Shown here in pieces: positions 54,296 to 63,224 of a stretch of DNA of 64,000 nt. The notes under the pieces were generated by a model. That model ran no database searches and was not told the origin of the DNA. It was given only the letters and a program-made list of their open reading frames with translations. This DNA is from Candidatus Thiovulum imperiosus. GTDB lineage: Bacteria > Campylobacterota > Campylobacteria > Campylobacterales > Thiovulaceae. The number at the start of each line of letters is the position of its first letter. Position 1 is the stretch's first letter. The stretch is from NCBI GenBank assembly GCA_024281175.1, contig JAMJTW010000005.1:23104-87103 (forward strand). Reading direction: 5' to 3'. A program made the translations under genes and the position numbers.

Positions 54296-55117
54296 CATCT
54301 CTTTTAAACTATCTTTCCAGTATGGAATTGAAATGCCAAACTTCTCTTTTATTTTTCTCTTATTTAAAACAGAGTAAAAAGGTCTTTCAGCTTTTGTTGG
54401 GAATTCAAAACTCTCTATAGGAGAAATTTTAGTATCTATTTTTCCCATTTTGACAATTTCTTTGGCAAAATCAAACCAGCTGATTGCACCCTCATTCGAG
54501 TAGTGAAAAATTTCTGTTTCTCCAACTTCTGGAACTATATCTAAAATAGTTTTTGCTAAATCTCTAGCATAAGTTGGAGTTCCTATCTGGTCAAAAACAA
54601 CTTTTAATTCATCTCTCTCTGCACCATATTTTAAAATTGTTTTTACAAAGTTTTTTCCAAAAGAGGAGTAGACCCAAGAAGTTCTAATAATTGCACCTTT
54701 TGGAGCTATTTCCAACATCTTGTTTTCACCAAAAAGTTTTGATTTTCCGTAAACCCCAATTGGATTTGGAGAGTCGGTTTCAGAATATGGTTTAAAACCT
54801 TTTCCATCAAAAATATAATCCGTAGAGACATGAATTAGCTTCACATCTTTTTCTTTAGAAATTCTTGCCAACTCCCAAACTGCTTTTCCATTTACTGAAA
54901 AAGCATCTTCTCTATTCTCTTCAGCACCATCTACATTTGTGTAAGCACCGCAATTTACAATTACGCCTATTCTGTTTTCTGAAATAAATTTCTCTACCTC
55001 ATCACTCTTTGTGATGTCAAGTTCTGGAAAAAAGAAGTCGTACTTATACTCTGTTGAGGTTTCTCGAATTTCAGAACCTAATTGTCCATTTGAACCTGTT
55101 ACAAGAATTCTAAACAT
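54281..55117 (-). CDS. rfbD: dTDP-4-dehydrorhamnose reductase
   Basis: MFRILVTGSNGQLGSE... (start taken at the internal ATG at 55117; the ORF track gives 55147) and STDYIFDG. Confidence 0.88.
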   Translation of the reverse strand: MFRILVTGSNGQLGSEIRETSTEYKYDFFFPELDITKSDEVEKFISENRIGVIVNCGAYTNVDGAEENREDAFSVNGKAVWELARISKEKDVKLIHVSTDYIFDGKGFKPYSETDSPNPIGVYGKSKLFGENKMLEIAPKGAIIRTSWVYSSFGKNFVKTILKYGAERDELKVVFDQIGTPTYARDLAKTILDIVPEVGETEIFHYSNEGAISWFDFAKEIVKMGKIDTKISPIESFEFPTKAERPFYSVLNKRKIKEKFGISIPYWKDSLKEMLNKR

Positions 55118-55679
55118 ATAGATTTTCTCCAAATTTGAAAAGCTCATCTGTTTCGGAAAGTTTAGGCTGTATTTTATCTTTAGATGATAGAAGCATTTTT
55201 TCCTCTACCATTTTCCAATCTATTCCAAAATCTGAAAAGAGAAGACCTCTATCATTTTCTGGAGAGTAGTAGTTGTCTACTTTGTATGAAAAAATTGCAC
55301 TTTTGGAGAGTACAACAAAACCGTGTGCAAAACCTCTTGGAATTAAAAGCTGTTTTCTATTTTCAGAAGAGAGTTCCACCGCAACATGTTTTCCAAAAGT
55401 TGGCGAACCAACTCGAATATCTACGGCAACATCTAAAACTCTTCCCTCTATTACACGAACCAATTTAGTTTGAGCTTTTGGAGGAAGCTGGTAATGAAGA
55501 CCTCGAAGAACTCCAAAAGATGATTTGCTCTCATTATCCTGAACAAAATCGATTTTATACCCTAAAAATTCTTCCAACTTATCTGTCCTAAAAGTTTCAG
55601 AAAAGTATCCTCGACTATCTCCATGAACGACTGGCTCTACTACAACTATATCTTCAATTTCTGTTCTACTAAATTTCAC
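55110..55679 (-). CDS. rfbC: dTDP-4-dehydrorhamnose 3,5-epimerase
   Basis: Contains HGDSRGYFSETF, RGLHYQ and IPRGFAHGF. Confidence 0.92.
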   Translation of the reverse strand: MKFSRTEIEDIVVVEPVVHGDSRGYFSETFRTDKLEEFLGYKIDFVQDNESKSSFGVLRGLHYQLPPKAQTKLVRVIEGRVLDVAVDIRVGSPTFGKHVAVELSSENRKQLLIPRGFAHGFVVLSKSAIFSYKVDNYYSPENDRGLLFSDFGIDWKMVEEKMLLSSKDKIQPKLSETDELFKFGENLYV

Positions 55680-55999
55680 TAATCACACTCCAAAGATTTA
55701 CATATAAAAGAATTTACTTCTAAGAATTTACTATTTTTGATAGTTGCAAAATATCTACTTTTTGCAATAAGTTTTTTATCAACTGTTCCAATTTTTGGAA
55801 CAATAATAATTGATTTATTTTTTATAGTTCCTTTTTCTAAATCTTTCTGTTCAATAATAACACCATTTCTTTGTAAGTTTGTTGTCAAAGGTAGAAATAA
55901 AAAGTCATTTTCCAATTCCTTAAATAGAAGTATTGGTCGTCCCTTTTTATTTCCAAAATTTGAAAAAGGAATTTCTACAAAATATATATTTTTTACCAA
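55679..55999 (-). CDS. PemK/MazF-like type II toxin
   Basis: IYFVEIPFSNFGNKKGRPILLF...FLFLPLTTN fits the MazF/PemK N-terminal pattern (G.i..v.f....kkRP.lvl...lPlTs). Confidence 0.5.
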   Translation of the reverse strand: MVKNIYFVEIPFSNFGNKKGRPILLFKELENDFLFLPLTTNLQRNGVIIEQKDLEKGTIKNKSIIIVPKIGTVDKKLIAKSRYFATIKNSKFLEVNSFICKSLECD

Positions 56000-56187
56000 C
56001 TAGAATAGTCCTCATCTAAATCATCAGATGCTAGTATCATAGAAACTTCTCCAAAATTATCTAGTTCTTCATCACTCCAAAAATCATTTTCTATTGGGTT
56101 AATAACTATCTCTACTTCTATATTTTCAAACTCTTTTGGAAGTTCAATTACAACTTTTCTATCTATAACCGTTTGTTGAAATCTCAT
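55993..56187 (-). CDS. Small acidic-tailed protein, candidate cognate antitoxin
   Basis: 64 aa. It overlaps the toxin start by 7 nt and the rfbA stop by 4 nt. The C-terminus is acidic. Confidence 0.4.
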   Translation of the reverse strand: MRFQQTVIDRKVVIELPKEFENIEVEIVINPIENDFWSDEELDNFGEVSMILASDDLDEDYSSW

Positions 56188-57056
56188 TTTGCCAACCTAA
56201 TTAGATATTGTCCATACTGATTTTTTCTCATACTATTTCCGATTTCCAAAAGTTTCTCTTTTGAGATATATCCTAACTCAAAAGCCACCTCTTCTAAACA
56301 AGCAACTTTTAGACCTTGTCTCTTTTCAATTGTTTCAATGTAGTTACTTGCTTCCAACAAAGACTCATGAGTTCCTGTATCTAACCAAGCAAAACCTCTT
56401 CCAAGAAGTTCTACTTGCAAATCTCCTCTTTTTAAAAACTCTTCATTTACAGATGTAATTTCAAGTTCTCCTCTTTCAGACGGTTTTACATTCTCAGAGA
56501 TTTGAACAACATCATTTGTGTAGAAATAGAGACCTGTAACAGCATAGTTACTTTTAGGAACTTCTGGTTTCTCTTCTATGGAGATAGCTTTTTTTCCTTC
56601 CCCAAACTCAATAACTCCATATCTCTCTGGGTCATTTACATAATATCCGAAAACTACTGATTTTCTCTTTTTCGAAACAGTATCTATGGCACTTTTCAAA
56701 ATTAGACTAAAACTATGTCCATAAAATATGTTGTCTCCAAGAATAAGAGCCACATCATCAGAACCTATAAACTCTTTACCTAAAATGAATGCTTGAGCAA
56801 GTCCATCTGGAGATAGCTGGACTTTATAAGAAATCTCTATTCCTAAATTTGAACCATCTCCAAAAAGTTCCACAAATCTATCTATATCTTTTGGAGTTGA
56901 AATTAGGAGAATTTCTCTAATTCCTGCCAACATTAAAACAGAGAGAGGATAGTAAATCATCGGTTTATCATAAACAGGCAGAAGCTGTTTTATAGTTCCC
57001 TTTGTAATTGGATAGAGCCTTGTTCCACTTCCACCTGCTAAAATAATACCTTTCAT
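56184..57056 (-). CDS. rfbA: Glucose-1-phosphate thymidylyltransferase
   Basis: Contains [18 protein letters not shown], the rest of the RmlA sequence, and [12 protein letters not shown]. Confidence 0.93.
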   Translation of the reverse strand: MKGIILAGGSGTRLYPITKGTIKQLLPVYDKPMIYYPLSVLMLAGIREILLISTPKDIDRFVELFGDGSNLGIEISYKVQLSPDGLAQAFILGKEFIGSDDVALILGDNIFYGHSFSLILKSAIDTVSKKRKSVVFGYYVNDPERYGVIEFGEGKKAISIEEKPEVPKSNYAVTGLYFYTNDVVQISENVKPSERGELEITSVNEEFLKRGDLQVELLGRGFAWLDTGTHESLLEASNYIETIEKRQGLKVACLEEVAFELGYISKEKLLEIGNSMRKNQYGQYLIRLAK

Positions 57057-57079
57057 TCCTCTCCTTTAAAAGTTCTCAA

Positions 57080-57817
57080 TTATACTGTAAAATTATTTTT
57101 AATATACTTTAATATAAGTTCTGAAGCATCTTCTACTGACATCTTATCAGTATCGATTGTAATTTCAGCATGTTGAGGTTCTTCATAAATATCATTAACA
57201 CCAACAAAATTTTGAAGTTCTCCTTTTAAAGCTCTCTCATATTTTCCATTAATATCTCTAGTTTTACAAGTCTCTATATCAGCTTTGACATATACAACAA
57301 TGTTGTTTTGAACCATCTCTCGAATTGCTTTTCGAGACTCTCTATATGGAGATACAAAAGATGATACTGTTGAGATAGAATTTCTCTGAAGAGTCTGAAT
57401 TAGATGTCCTATTCTATGCATGTGTCTGTTTCTATCTTCTCTTGAAAATCCAATATCTGGAATAAGTTCTCGAACATCTTTAGAGTCCAATCTTTCAAGA
57501 GGGATATCAAATTTCTGAAGCTCTTCATAAACTTTATCAGCAATTGTTGTTTTGCCAGATAGAGGTAAACCTGTAAACCATAAGTTGAAAGGCTCTATTC
57601 TTTTTCGACCCCAACGAATTTTAAACCAAACTCTTTCATGTCCCCAATATAGGGCTACTTTTAAAACTGTTTCAATCATACCAGCAGCAATTGCTAAGTC
57701 AAGTCGTCCAAAAAAGATGTACACGATTACAATCGTTGTTGAAGTAGCTACAAATCTCCAACTTATACCTTTGGCAATTGAGCGAATATTACTATCTCTA
57801 TACATAACTTTCTCCAT
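57080..57817 (-). CDS. DUF2061 membrane domain fused to adenylyl-sulfate kinase
   Basis: The N-terminal about 70 aa (SIAKGISWRFVATSTTIVIVYIF...LKVALYWGHERVW) match the DUF2061 pattern. The C-terminus has the APS-kinase P-loop FTGLPLSGKTTIA and FVSPY. Confidence 0.78.
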   Translation of the reverse strand: MEKVMYRDSNIRSIAKGISWRFVATSTTIVIVYIFFGRLDLAIAAGMIETVLKVALYWGHERVWFKIRWGRKRIEPFNLWFTGLPLSGKTTIADKVYEELQKFDIPLERLDSKDVRELIPDIGFSREDRNRHMHRIGHLIQTLQRNSISTVSSFVSPYRESRKAIREMVQNNIVVYVKADIETCKTRDINGKYERALKGELQNFVGVNDIYEEPQHAEITIDTDKMSVEDASELILKYIKNNFTV

Positions 57818-57887
57818 AAAAACGAAATTTTAATATAAATTTTTTCAACTAACTTTTTCGTTACAATTTCCAAAAACTGGAGCTATT

Positions 57888-58769
57888 TTGTTATTCATAG
57901 ACTTATCAATTTTACAATCTTTTTTTATCAGTTTTGTAATTCAGTTTGGAGCTGTACTTCTTCTCTTTCTAATTGCTACGAAATTGAGGAGCTTCTCAAT
58001 AAATTACAAGTTGCATAGAGAGTCCTATCAAATCAACAGAGCTGTTTCAATTTTTTCTAGTGGATACTACATAGCATTTATACTCATAGTTTTAGTATCT
58101 TTAAATGGGGTTTCCATAAATTTAGTAGATGACCTCATTGCAATTCTTACAGTTGGTTCTATCGGTATTCTGCTTATATCTACAAATCGTTTTCTTTTGA
58201 AATATATCTTTTTATACGAAGTAAATTATCAACATGAACTTGACCGAGAAAATAACTCATTCGCTCTGTTTCATGCTGGAAGTTTAATAGCCACTGCAAC
58301 TCTTTTCTACTACTCTTTTTCACAATTTCAACTAACAGTAGAGTTCCTAACTACGGCACTTTTCTATTTTATAATTGCTCAATTTACTCTTTTTGCTGTT
58401 GTAAAAATCATTACACTGTTTAGTGGATACGACTATCTTTATGAAATAAGAAAAAATAATCTCGCTTCTGGAATTGAGTTTTTGTCAATTTTTATTGCTG
58501 TTTCACTGCTATTAGGAAATAGCATAGAAGTTCTTCCAGATATTTCTATAAACTCTGTTGCTTCTATATTTATATATTTTATAATTTCTCTCTCTATTCT
58601 AATCTATATCCCAAATTTGCTTGTCTCTCTTATGGTCTTTGGAAATAAGAAGATTTATAAAAGTATTAGTGATGGAAATGTTATGATAAGTATAAAAAGT
58701 GGAATTATAAAAGTTATTTTGGCTTTTTTAGTGGTAGAGAGCTTACCTCTGAATTTTGTTTCAAGTTAG
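57888..58769 (+). CDS. Integral membrane protein, unknown function
   Basis: 293 aa with about 8 hydrophobic helices and a TTG start. Confidence 0.45.
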   Translation: MLFIDLSILQSFFISFVIQFGAVLLLFLIATKLRSFSINYKLHRESYQINRAVSIFSSGYYIAFILIVLVSLNGVSINLVDDLIAILTVGSIGILLISTNRFLLKYIFLYEVNYQHELDRENNSFALFHAGSLIATATLFYYSFSQFQLTVEFLTTALFYFIIAQFTLFAVVKIITLFSGYDYLYEIRKNNLASGIEFLSIFIAVSLLLGNSIEVLPDISINSVASIFIYFIISLSILIYIPNLLVSLMVFGNKKIYKSISDGNVMISIKSGIIKVILAFLVVESLPLNFVSS

Positions 58770-58793
58770 GAGGGGTTCCCTCCTATTCTGGAA

Positions 58794-59144
58794 TTATCCA
58801 CAAGATGGAGTTCTTCCTGTATCAGCACCATAGTAGTATAAGAAGTGGAAAAGTTTCTTAACATCTCTATCTCTGAATTTCATATTTTCAGTATTAGGAC
58901 AAGCCTCTTTGATTTCATCAACAAGGTCTCCATCTTCATAAAGCTCTTCCCACTCGTCAGAGTCATAAAGACCTGCAAAAGCAACACCAGTCATGTTGTC
59001 GCATCTAGCTTTAAATTTCTTTTGGTAAGTTTTAGAACCTTTTTTTGCTTGTCTCTCAGAAACATCAGCTGCAAAAGCTGTTGAGCTAACCGCAGAAACT
59101 GCTAATACAGAAGCGAGTGCAACAGAAATAGTTTTTTTAATCAT
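58794..59144 (-). CDS. Small secreted four-Cys protein, unknown function
   Basis: Signal peptide MIKKTISVALASVLAVSAVSSTAFA. The mature part is about 90 aa, has no CxxCH motif and ends in PSCG. Confidence 0.45.
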   Translation of the reverse strand: MIKKTISVALASVLAVSAVSSTAFAADVSERQAKKGSKTYQKKFKARCDNMTGVAFAGLYDSDEWEELYEDGDLVDEIKEACPNTENMKFRDRDVKKLFHFLYYYGADTGRTPSCG

Positions 59145-59275
59145 TTAGTAATCCTTTCAAAAGTTGATAACTAAATTTATTGTAGTTGAAAATAGATTAA
59201 AATTTGTTTAAATATGGAAATAGATATCTTATACTTTTCATAAGAAAATCTATCGGGAAACCCGATAGATTAGAT

Positions 59276-61612
59276 TTACTTAACTAAGTAACCTCCAAGA
59301 GTATCTACATAAGTTCTAGTTTCACCATCATTTTTTACAATAACTTCATAACCATCTGTGAAAGAGAGTGTTATATAAGAGATGTCTCCATCTGTAACTT
59401 TTTCAACACTAAATTCACTAGTTTTTATAGTTACAACTTTTAAATCACCAGATGTTCTTATTTGCATAGTTGCTGTTTTTCCGTTTGAATTAACTTCAAA
59501 GTCACCATTTACTACTTCATCTTGAACATTAGAACTTCCAGATCCTCTAACTATATTGCCACTCTCTGTTACATATACAATCTCTACACCACTAAAAGTA
59601 GTTCCACCTATACTATATGTAGTAACTGTTTCTACACCAGCTTCATTACTATACTCTTCAATATAAGTGTCTACAACTTCTGTATACTCTTCTGGAACAG
59701 AAGCATCTGGAATAGAAATAGAGATATTTACAGTATCAACTCTGTTTGAAACAGAAACGCCAACTTCTTCACTACTTTCAGAAACTTTAGTTTCTTCAGG
59801 GTCACTCTCTTCTACCTCTTCTTTAGTAGCATTCTCATCTTCAGAAACCTCATCTTCAGAAACCTCATCTTCAGAAACCTCATCTTCAGAAACCTCATCT
59901 TCAGAAACCTCATCTTCTTCTATGCCTTCATTAGGATTACTTGTTGTGAAAACAGGAGGCATTGGAGGTGTATCAGCTTGAACTGCTCTACCAACAACAG
60001 CAACACTATAAGAAGAGATTGTTGTAGGAACTGCTGTAATACTCTCTACTGAAACATTTAAATCTTCAGTTTGAAAAATTGTATTTTTAAGAAGTGTAAT
60101 ATCTCCATCTTTACTCATAGAAGTCGCCATATATGTATCATCTACTCTAATTTCTCCTACCATAGATGATATTTCAAAGTTGTTACTCTCTTCAGCATCA
60201 GTTGGTAACATTGGTGGAGTATTCTGATTTTCTAAAGATACTTCAGGAGGTAAAACTTGCTTCTCTAAAGTTCCTTTTCCAGAAATAGATATCTCATGTT
60301 CAGAAGAGGAGATATTTACATCAACTTCTAAAGTTTCACTATTTTGAGACATTGTTCCAGAGAAAGTGCCGTTTTCAGAAATAAATATTCCAGAAACTGT
60401 TGTATTCTCTTCAGAAAGAATATTTCCATCTTCATCTAACTCAAATTGAACTTCACCAGATAAATCTGTTCCATTCTCATTTGTTATAGAAATAGAAACA
60501 ATATTCTCATTTATAGAAGTTGAAACTACATCACCATTTTGTAAAGTGGTTTCAACTGGAATATCATTGATATTCTCAAATTCAGTATCTAAAAAGGAAA
60601 TATTGAATTCATCAAAACTATCAGAAACAACTACAGAAAGTTCTTTAATATCCTCCATTTCACTATCTACTTTTTTAGCTAAAGATAGCATATCTTGAAG
60701 CTCTTCATTTTGGAACTCTCCAGTTTCTGTATCTACAACAGTTTCGAGTCGGCTTAAAATCTCTTCTCCATCTCCAGTAGCAGAGTCAAGAAGTTCTTCA
60801 AATCTAGTAGCAATAGTCATTTCTACCATTGGTGGCATAGGAATTAGTGGTGAAACTGTGCCTCCATTAGCTAGAAATGTATCTATTTTTTCCATAGTAT
60901 TTTCTTGAGCAATTCTCATCTGCTCTAAAATAGAGAGTTCTTCTGTTGGTACAGATGTATCATCAGACTCCATATCTGCACTCTCTTCAACCTGTGTTTG
61001 TTCTGTATAGCTTGATGAGGTAGAGAGTTGAAATAGTGCATTCTGATTTGCATTAAAAAGAGTCCAGTCACTGTTTTCAGATATTTCAGCAACAAAATCT
61101 GTATTTAGAATGTTAATAGAGATATCAAGTCCTAACTCTTCAGCAACTCTATCTTCAGCACTTTCTAAATCTATATCTTCACTAAAATAGATATTTGCAA
61201 TTAGAGTTGTTGCTGGAGATATAATTAGAGACTCTTCTTCTAAGTTTTCATAAACTTCTAAAACTGATGTAAAAGTTCCATTGAAATCTCTATTTGTAGT
61301 TATATCAACTCCACCAGTAGCTACAACTTTATACTTGCCTTCTGGAAGCTCTTCTTGAAAAGAGTAAGTTCCATTCTCATCTGAAATTGCAGATGGTTCA
61401 CTGCTTTCATGCTCTAAGTTTCCATTTAAATCTATAAAAACAGTTGCTCCAGAGATATATCCATCAATAACTTTTCCAGAAAGAGAGACATCTAAAAGAG
61501 ATATCTCTTCTGAACTATTGTCGTCTGTAATGTTGTCATATAAAAAACTACTACCATTACAGCCAATCAGAGAGATTGCAACTGGAATGGCTAAAACCAA
61601 ACTTCGCTTCAA
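59276..61612 (-). CDS. Large acidic surface lipoprotein with (EDEVS)5 repeat
   Basis: Lipobox SLIGC. An N-terminal segment, LSGKVIDGYISGATVFIDLNGN, resembles a carboxypeptidase-regulatory-like fold. The protein is very D/E/S/T-rich. Confidence 0.6.
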   Translation of the reverse strand: MKRSLVLAIPVAISLIGCNGSSFLYDNITDDNSSEEISLLDVSLSGKVIDGYISGATVFIDLNGNLEHESSEPSAISDENGTYSFQEELPEGKYKVVATGGVDITTNRDFNGTFTSVLEVYENLEEESLIISPATTLIANIYFSEDIDLESAEDRVAEELGLDISINILNTDFVAEISENSDWTLFNANQNALFQLSTSSSYTEQTQVEESADMESDDTSVPTEELSILEQMRIAQENTMEKIDTFLANGGTVSPLIPMPPMVEMTIATRFEELLDSATGDGEEILSRLETVVDTETGEFQNEELQDMLSLAKKVDSEMEDIKELSVVVSDSFDEFNISFLDTEFENINDIPVETTLQNGDVVSTSINENIVSISITNENGTDLSGEVQFELDEDGNILSEENTTVSGIFISENGTFSGTMSQNSETLEVDVNISSSEHEISISGKGTLEKQVLPPEVSLENQNTPPMLPTDAEESNNFEISSMVGEIRVDDTYMATSMSKDGDITLLKNTIFQTEDLNVSVESITAVPTTISSYSVAVVGRAVQADTPPMPPVFTTSNPNEGIEEDEVSEDEVSEDEVSEDEVSEDEVSEDENATKEEVEESDPEETKVSESSEEVGVSVSNRVDTVNISISIPDASVPEEYTEVVDTYIEEYSNEAGVETVTTYSIGGTTFSGVEIVYVTESGNIVRGSGSSNVQDEVVNGDFEVNSNGKTATMQIRTSGDLKVVTIKTSEFSVEKVTDGDISYITLSFTDGYEVIVKNDGETRTYVDTLGGYLVK
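59836..59915. repeat. 15-bp perfect tandem repeat, about 5.3 copies
   Basis: CATCTTCAGAAACCT repeated five times head-to-tail. It encodes EDEVS on the minus strand. Confidence 0.9.
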
Positions 61613-61639
61613 AACAAATCCTTTTTATTTTACTTCGAC

Positions 61640-62350
61640 CTATTTTATATATCTGTAAAATCTGCCATTTGCATTTGAAACTGAAATTAAGAGACCCCTC
61701 CAACCATCTAAGAATCCAAGTTTGAAAACATATGTTTTTAAAAAAGCGAAAAGAGATTTTGGAATTGCAATTCCAACACCTCTCTTTTTTCCTTTCGCAA
61801 GTTTTGAGTATTTTGCAATTTTAAGCAGAAAATCAGCTGGTTCATCTATTGAGTAGTGGAGAATAGAAGAGGAGAGTTTTTTAACTTTTTCAGCAGAAAT
61901 AAATTCGTGAACTGGTTTCTCTTCAAACTTGTGAAAATCTCTATTAAAAAGTCTTACAACTCTCTCATTTTGCAGACCACTAAATCTTATCTTTTTCCCA
62001 ATTACAAAATTTTCTCTTCGAATGGAGTAGGCAGTTTCCTCTTCCAATTCCAATTTCTCCAACTCTTCCAAAAGCTCTTTTGTTAAAACCTCATCAGCAT
62101 CAATTGAGAGAATCCAAGAATTTGAAGCAAAAGAGGAAGCTAGATTCTTAAGTTTTCCAAAACCTAAAAACTTTGAATGAAATACTTTTGTATTTGGAAA
62201 TCTTTTTGTAATTTCTAAAGTAGAATCTGAAGAGAAACCATCTAAAATTATAATCTCTTCAAATTTGGAGAGAGAATCTAAAGTAGATTCCAATTTCTTT
62301 TCTGAATTGTGAGTTAGAACTGTAATTGATATTTTTTGAAAATTAGACAT
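61640..62350 (-). CDS. Glycosyltransferase family 2
   Basis: Contains ISITVLTHNSEKKLESTLDSL and the SIDADE (DxD) motif. Confidence 0.8.
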   Translation of the reverse strand: MSNFQKISITVLTHNSEKKLESTLDSLSKFEEIIILDGFSSDSTLEITKRFPNTKVFHSKFLGFGKLKNLASSFASNSWILSIDADEVLTKELLEELEKLELEEETAYSIRRENFVIGKKIRFSGLQNERVVRLFNRDFHKFEEKPVHEFISAEKVKKLSSSILHYSIDEPADFLLKIAKYSKLAKGKKRGVGIAIPKSLFAFLKTYVFKLGFLDGWRGLLISVSNANGRFYRYIK

Positions 62351-63224
62351 TTTGAATATCTTCTCCTATTTTATTAAAAACTTTTAAAATTGGCTGATAC
62401 TCTCTCTTTAGACACAGTTCACAATTGGATAATAGTAGTTGTGGAATAGAGATTTTTCTATTTTCTATCTCTTTTATTTTATTGCCTAGTTGTCTTCCTT
62501 GAAGGCTATTTCTAGTATTCTCTTTTTTACTTTCTAAAAATGATTTTTGAATTTGCTGAATTATTGAAGTTGTTAATTCAAAAACATCATGACCTTTTAA
62601 AAAAAGCTGTAAATTATTTTTGTCAAAAATATCAATATCTAAATCTATTTCATTCGCTTTAGGATTTCCTAAATTTTCTAAATACTTTTGAACTGTTTCA
62701 TCATTTCTAATTTTACGAATGTTTAAATTTACTCTTGGTTCTCCATTTTTCTCTCTTTCAATATCATTTAGAAAATCATGAAATTTTATTTCAGAAAACT
62801 TTTTAAAAAAGTCTTGAAAATCTATTGAAATATCTCCAAACTCTTTTTTTAAAATGTGATTTAAACAGTTAGGTTCAAGAGAAAAATTCTCAACAGAGTA
62901 TAGATACGTCTGTAAAATATATGGATTTTCATAGTTTTTGCTAATCAAATGGTCATAATCGCTATCAATACAAATCAGAACTTTTCCATTTTTTGTTTTA
63001 GCAAAATCTCCATACTTTAAAATAGCTTTTTTACCTTGAGAACTTCCATCACTATAGGGAGAAAATTCATAATTTGGAAACTTCTTTAAATAGCTATTTT
63101 CCTCTAAAACAAATCTCCAGAACTTTATATCAAATTCATTTTCTACATAAATCAGTAAGTCGCTTTCTAAAAAATTAGAATAGCTTTCATACTCTAGCTC
63201 ATCGTCACTATTTTCAAAAAACAC
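62343..63224 (-). CDS. DUF4435/Toprim-like protein (AriB-like)
   Basis: Contains LLIYVENEFDIKFW (compare the VEGxxD..F motif) and VLICIDSDYDHL (DxD). The GTG start overlaps the upstream ATPase stop by 1 nt. Confidence 0.6.
   Translation of the reverse strand: MFFENSDDELEYESYSNFLESDLLIYVENEFDIKFWRFVLEENSYLKKFPNYEFSPYSDGSSQGKKAILKYGDFAKTKNGKVLICIDSDYDHLISKNYENPYILQTYLYSVENFSLEPNCLNHILKKEFGDISIDFQDFFKKFSEIKFHDFLNDIEREKNGEPRVNLNIRKIRNDETVQKYLENLGNPKANEIDLDIDIFDKNNLQLFLKGHDVFELTTSIIQQIQKSFLESKKENTRNSLQGRQLGNKIKEIENRKISIPQLLLSNCELCLKREYQPILKVFNKIGEDIQNV

Noticed and set aside
59667-59981. 104-aa Ser/Thr-rich plus-strand ORF
   Set aside because: It is an antisense shadow of the acidic lipoprotein gene, driven by the 15-bp tandem repeat.
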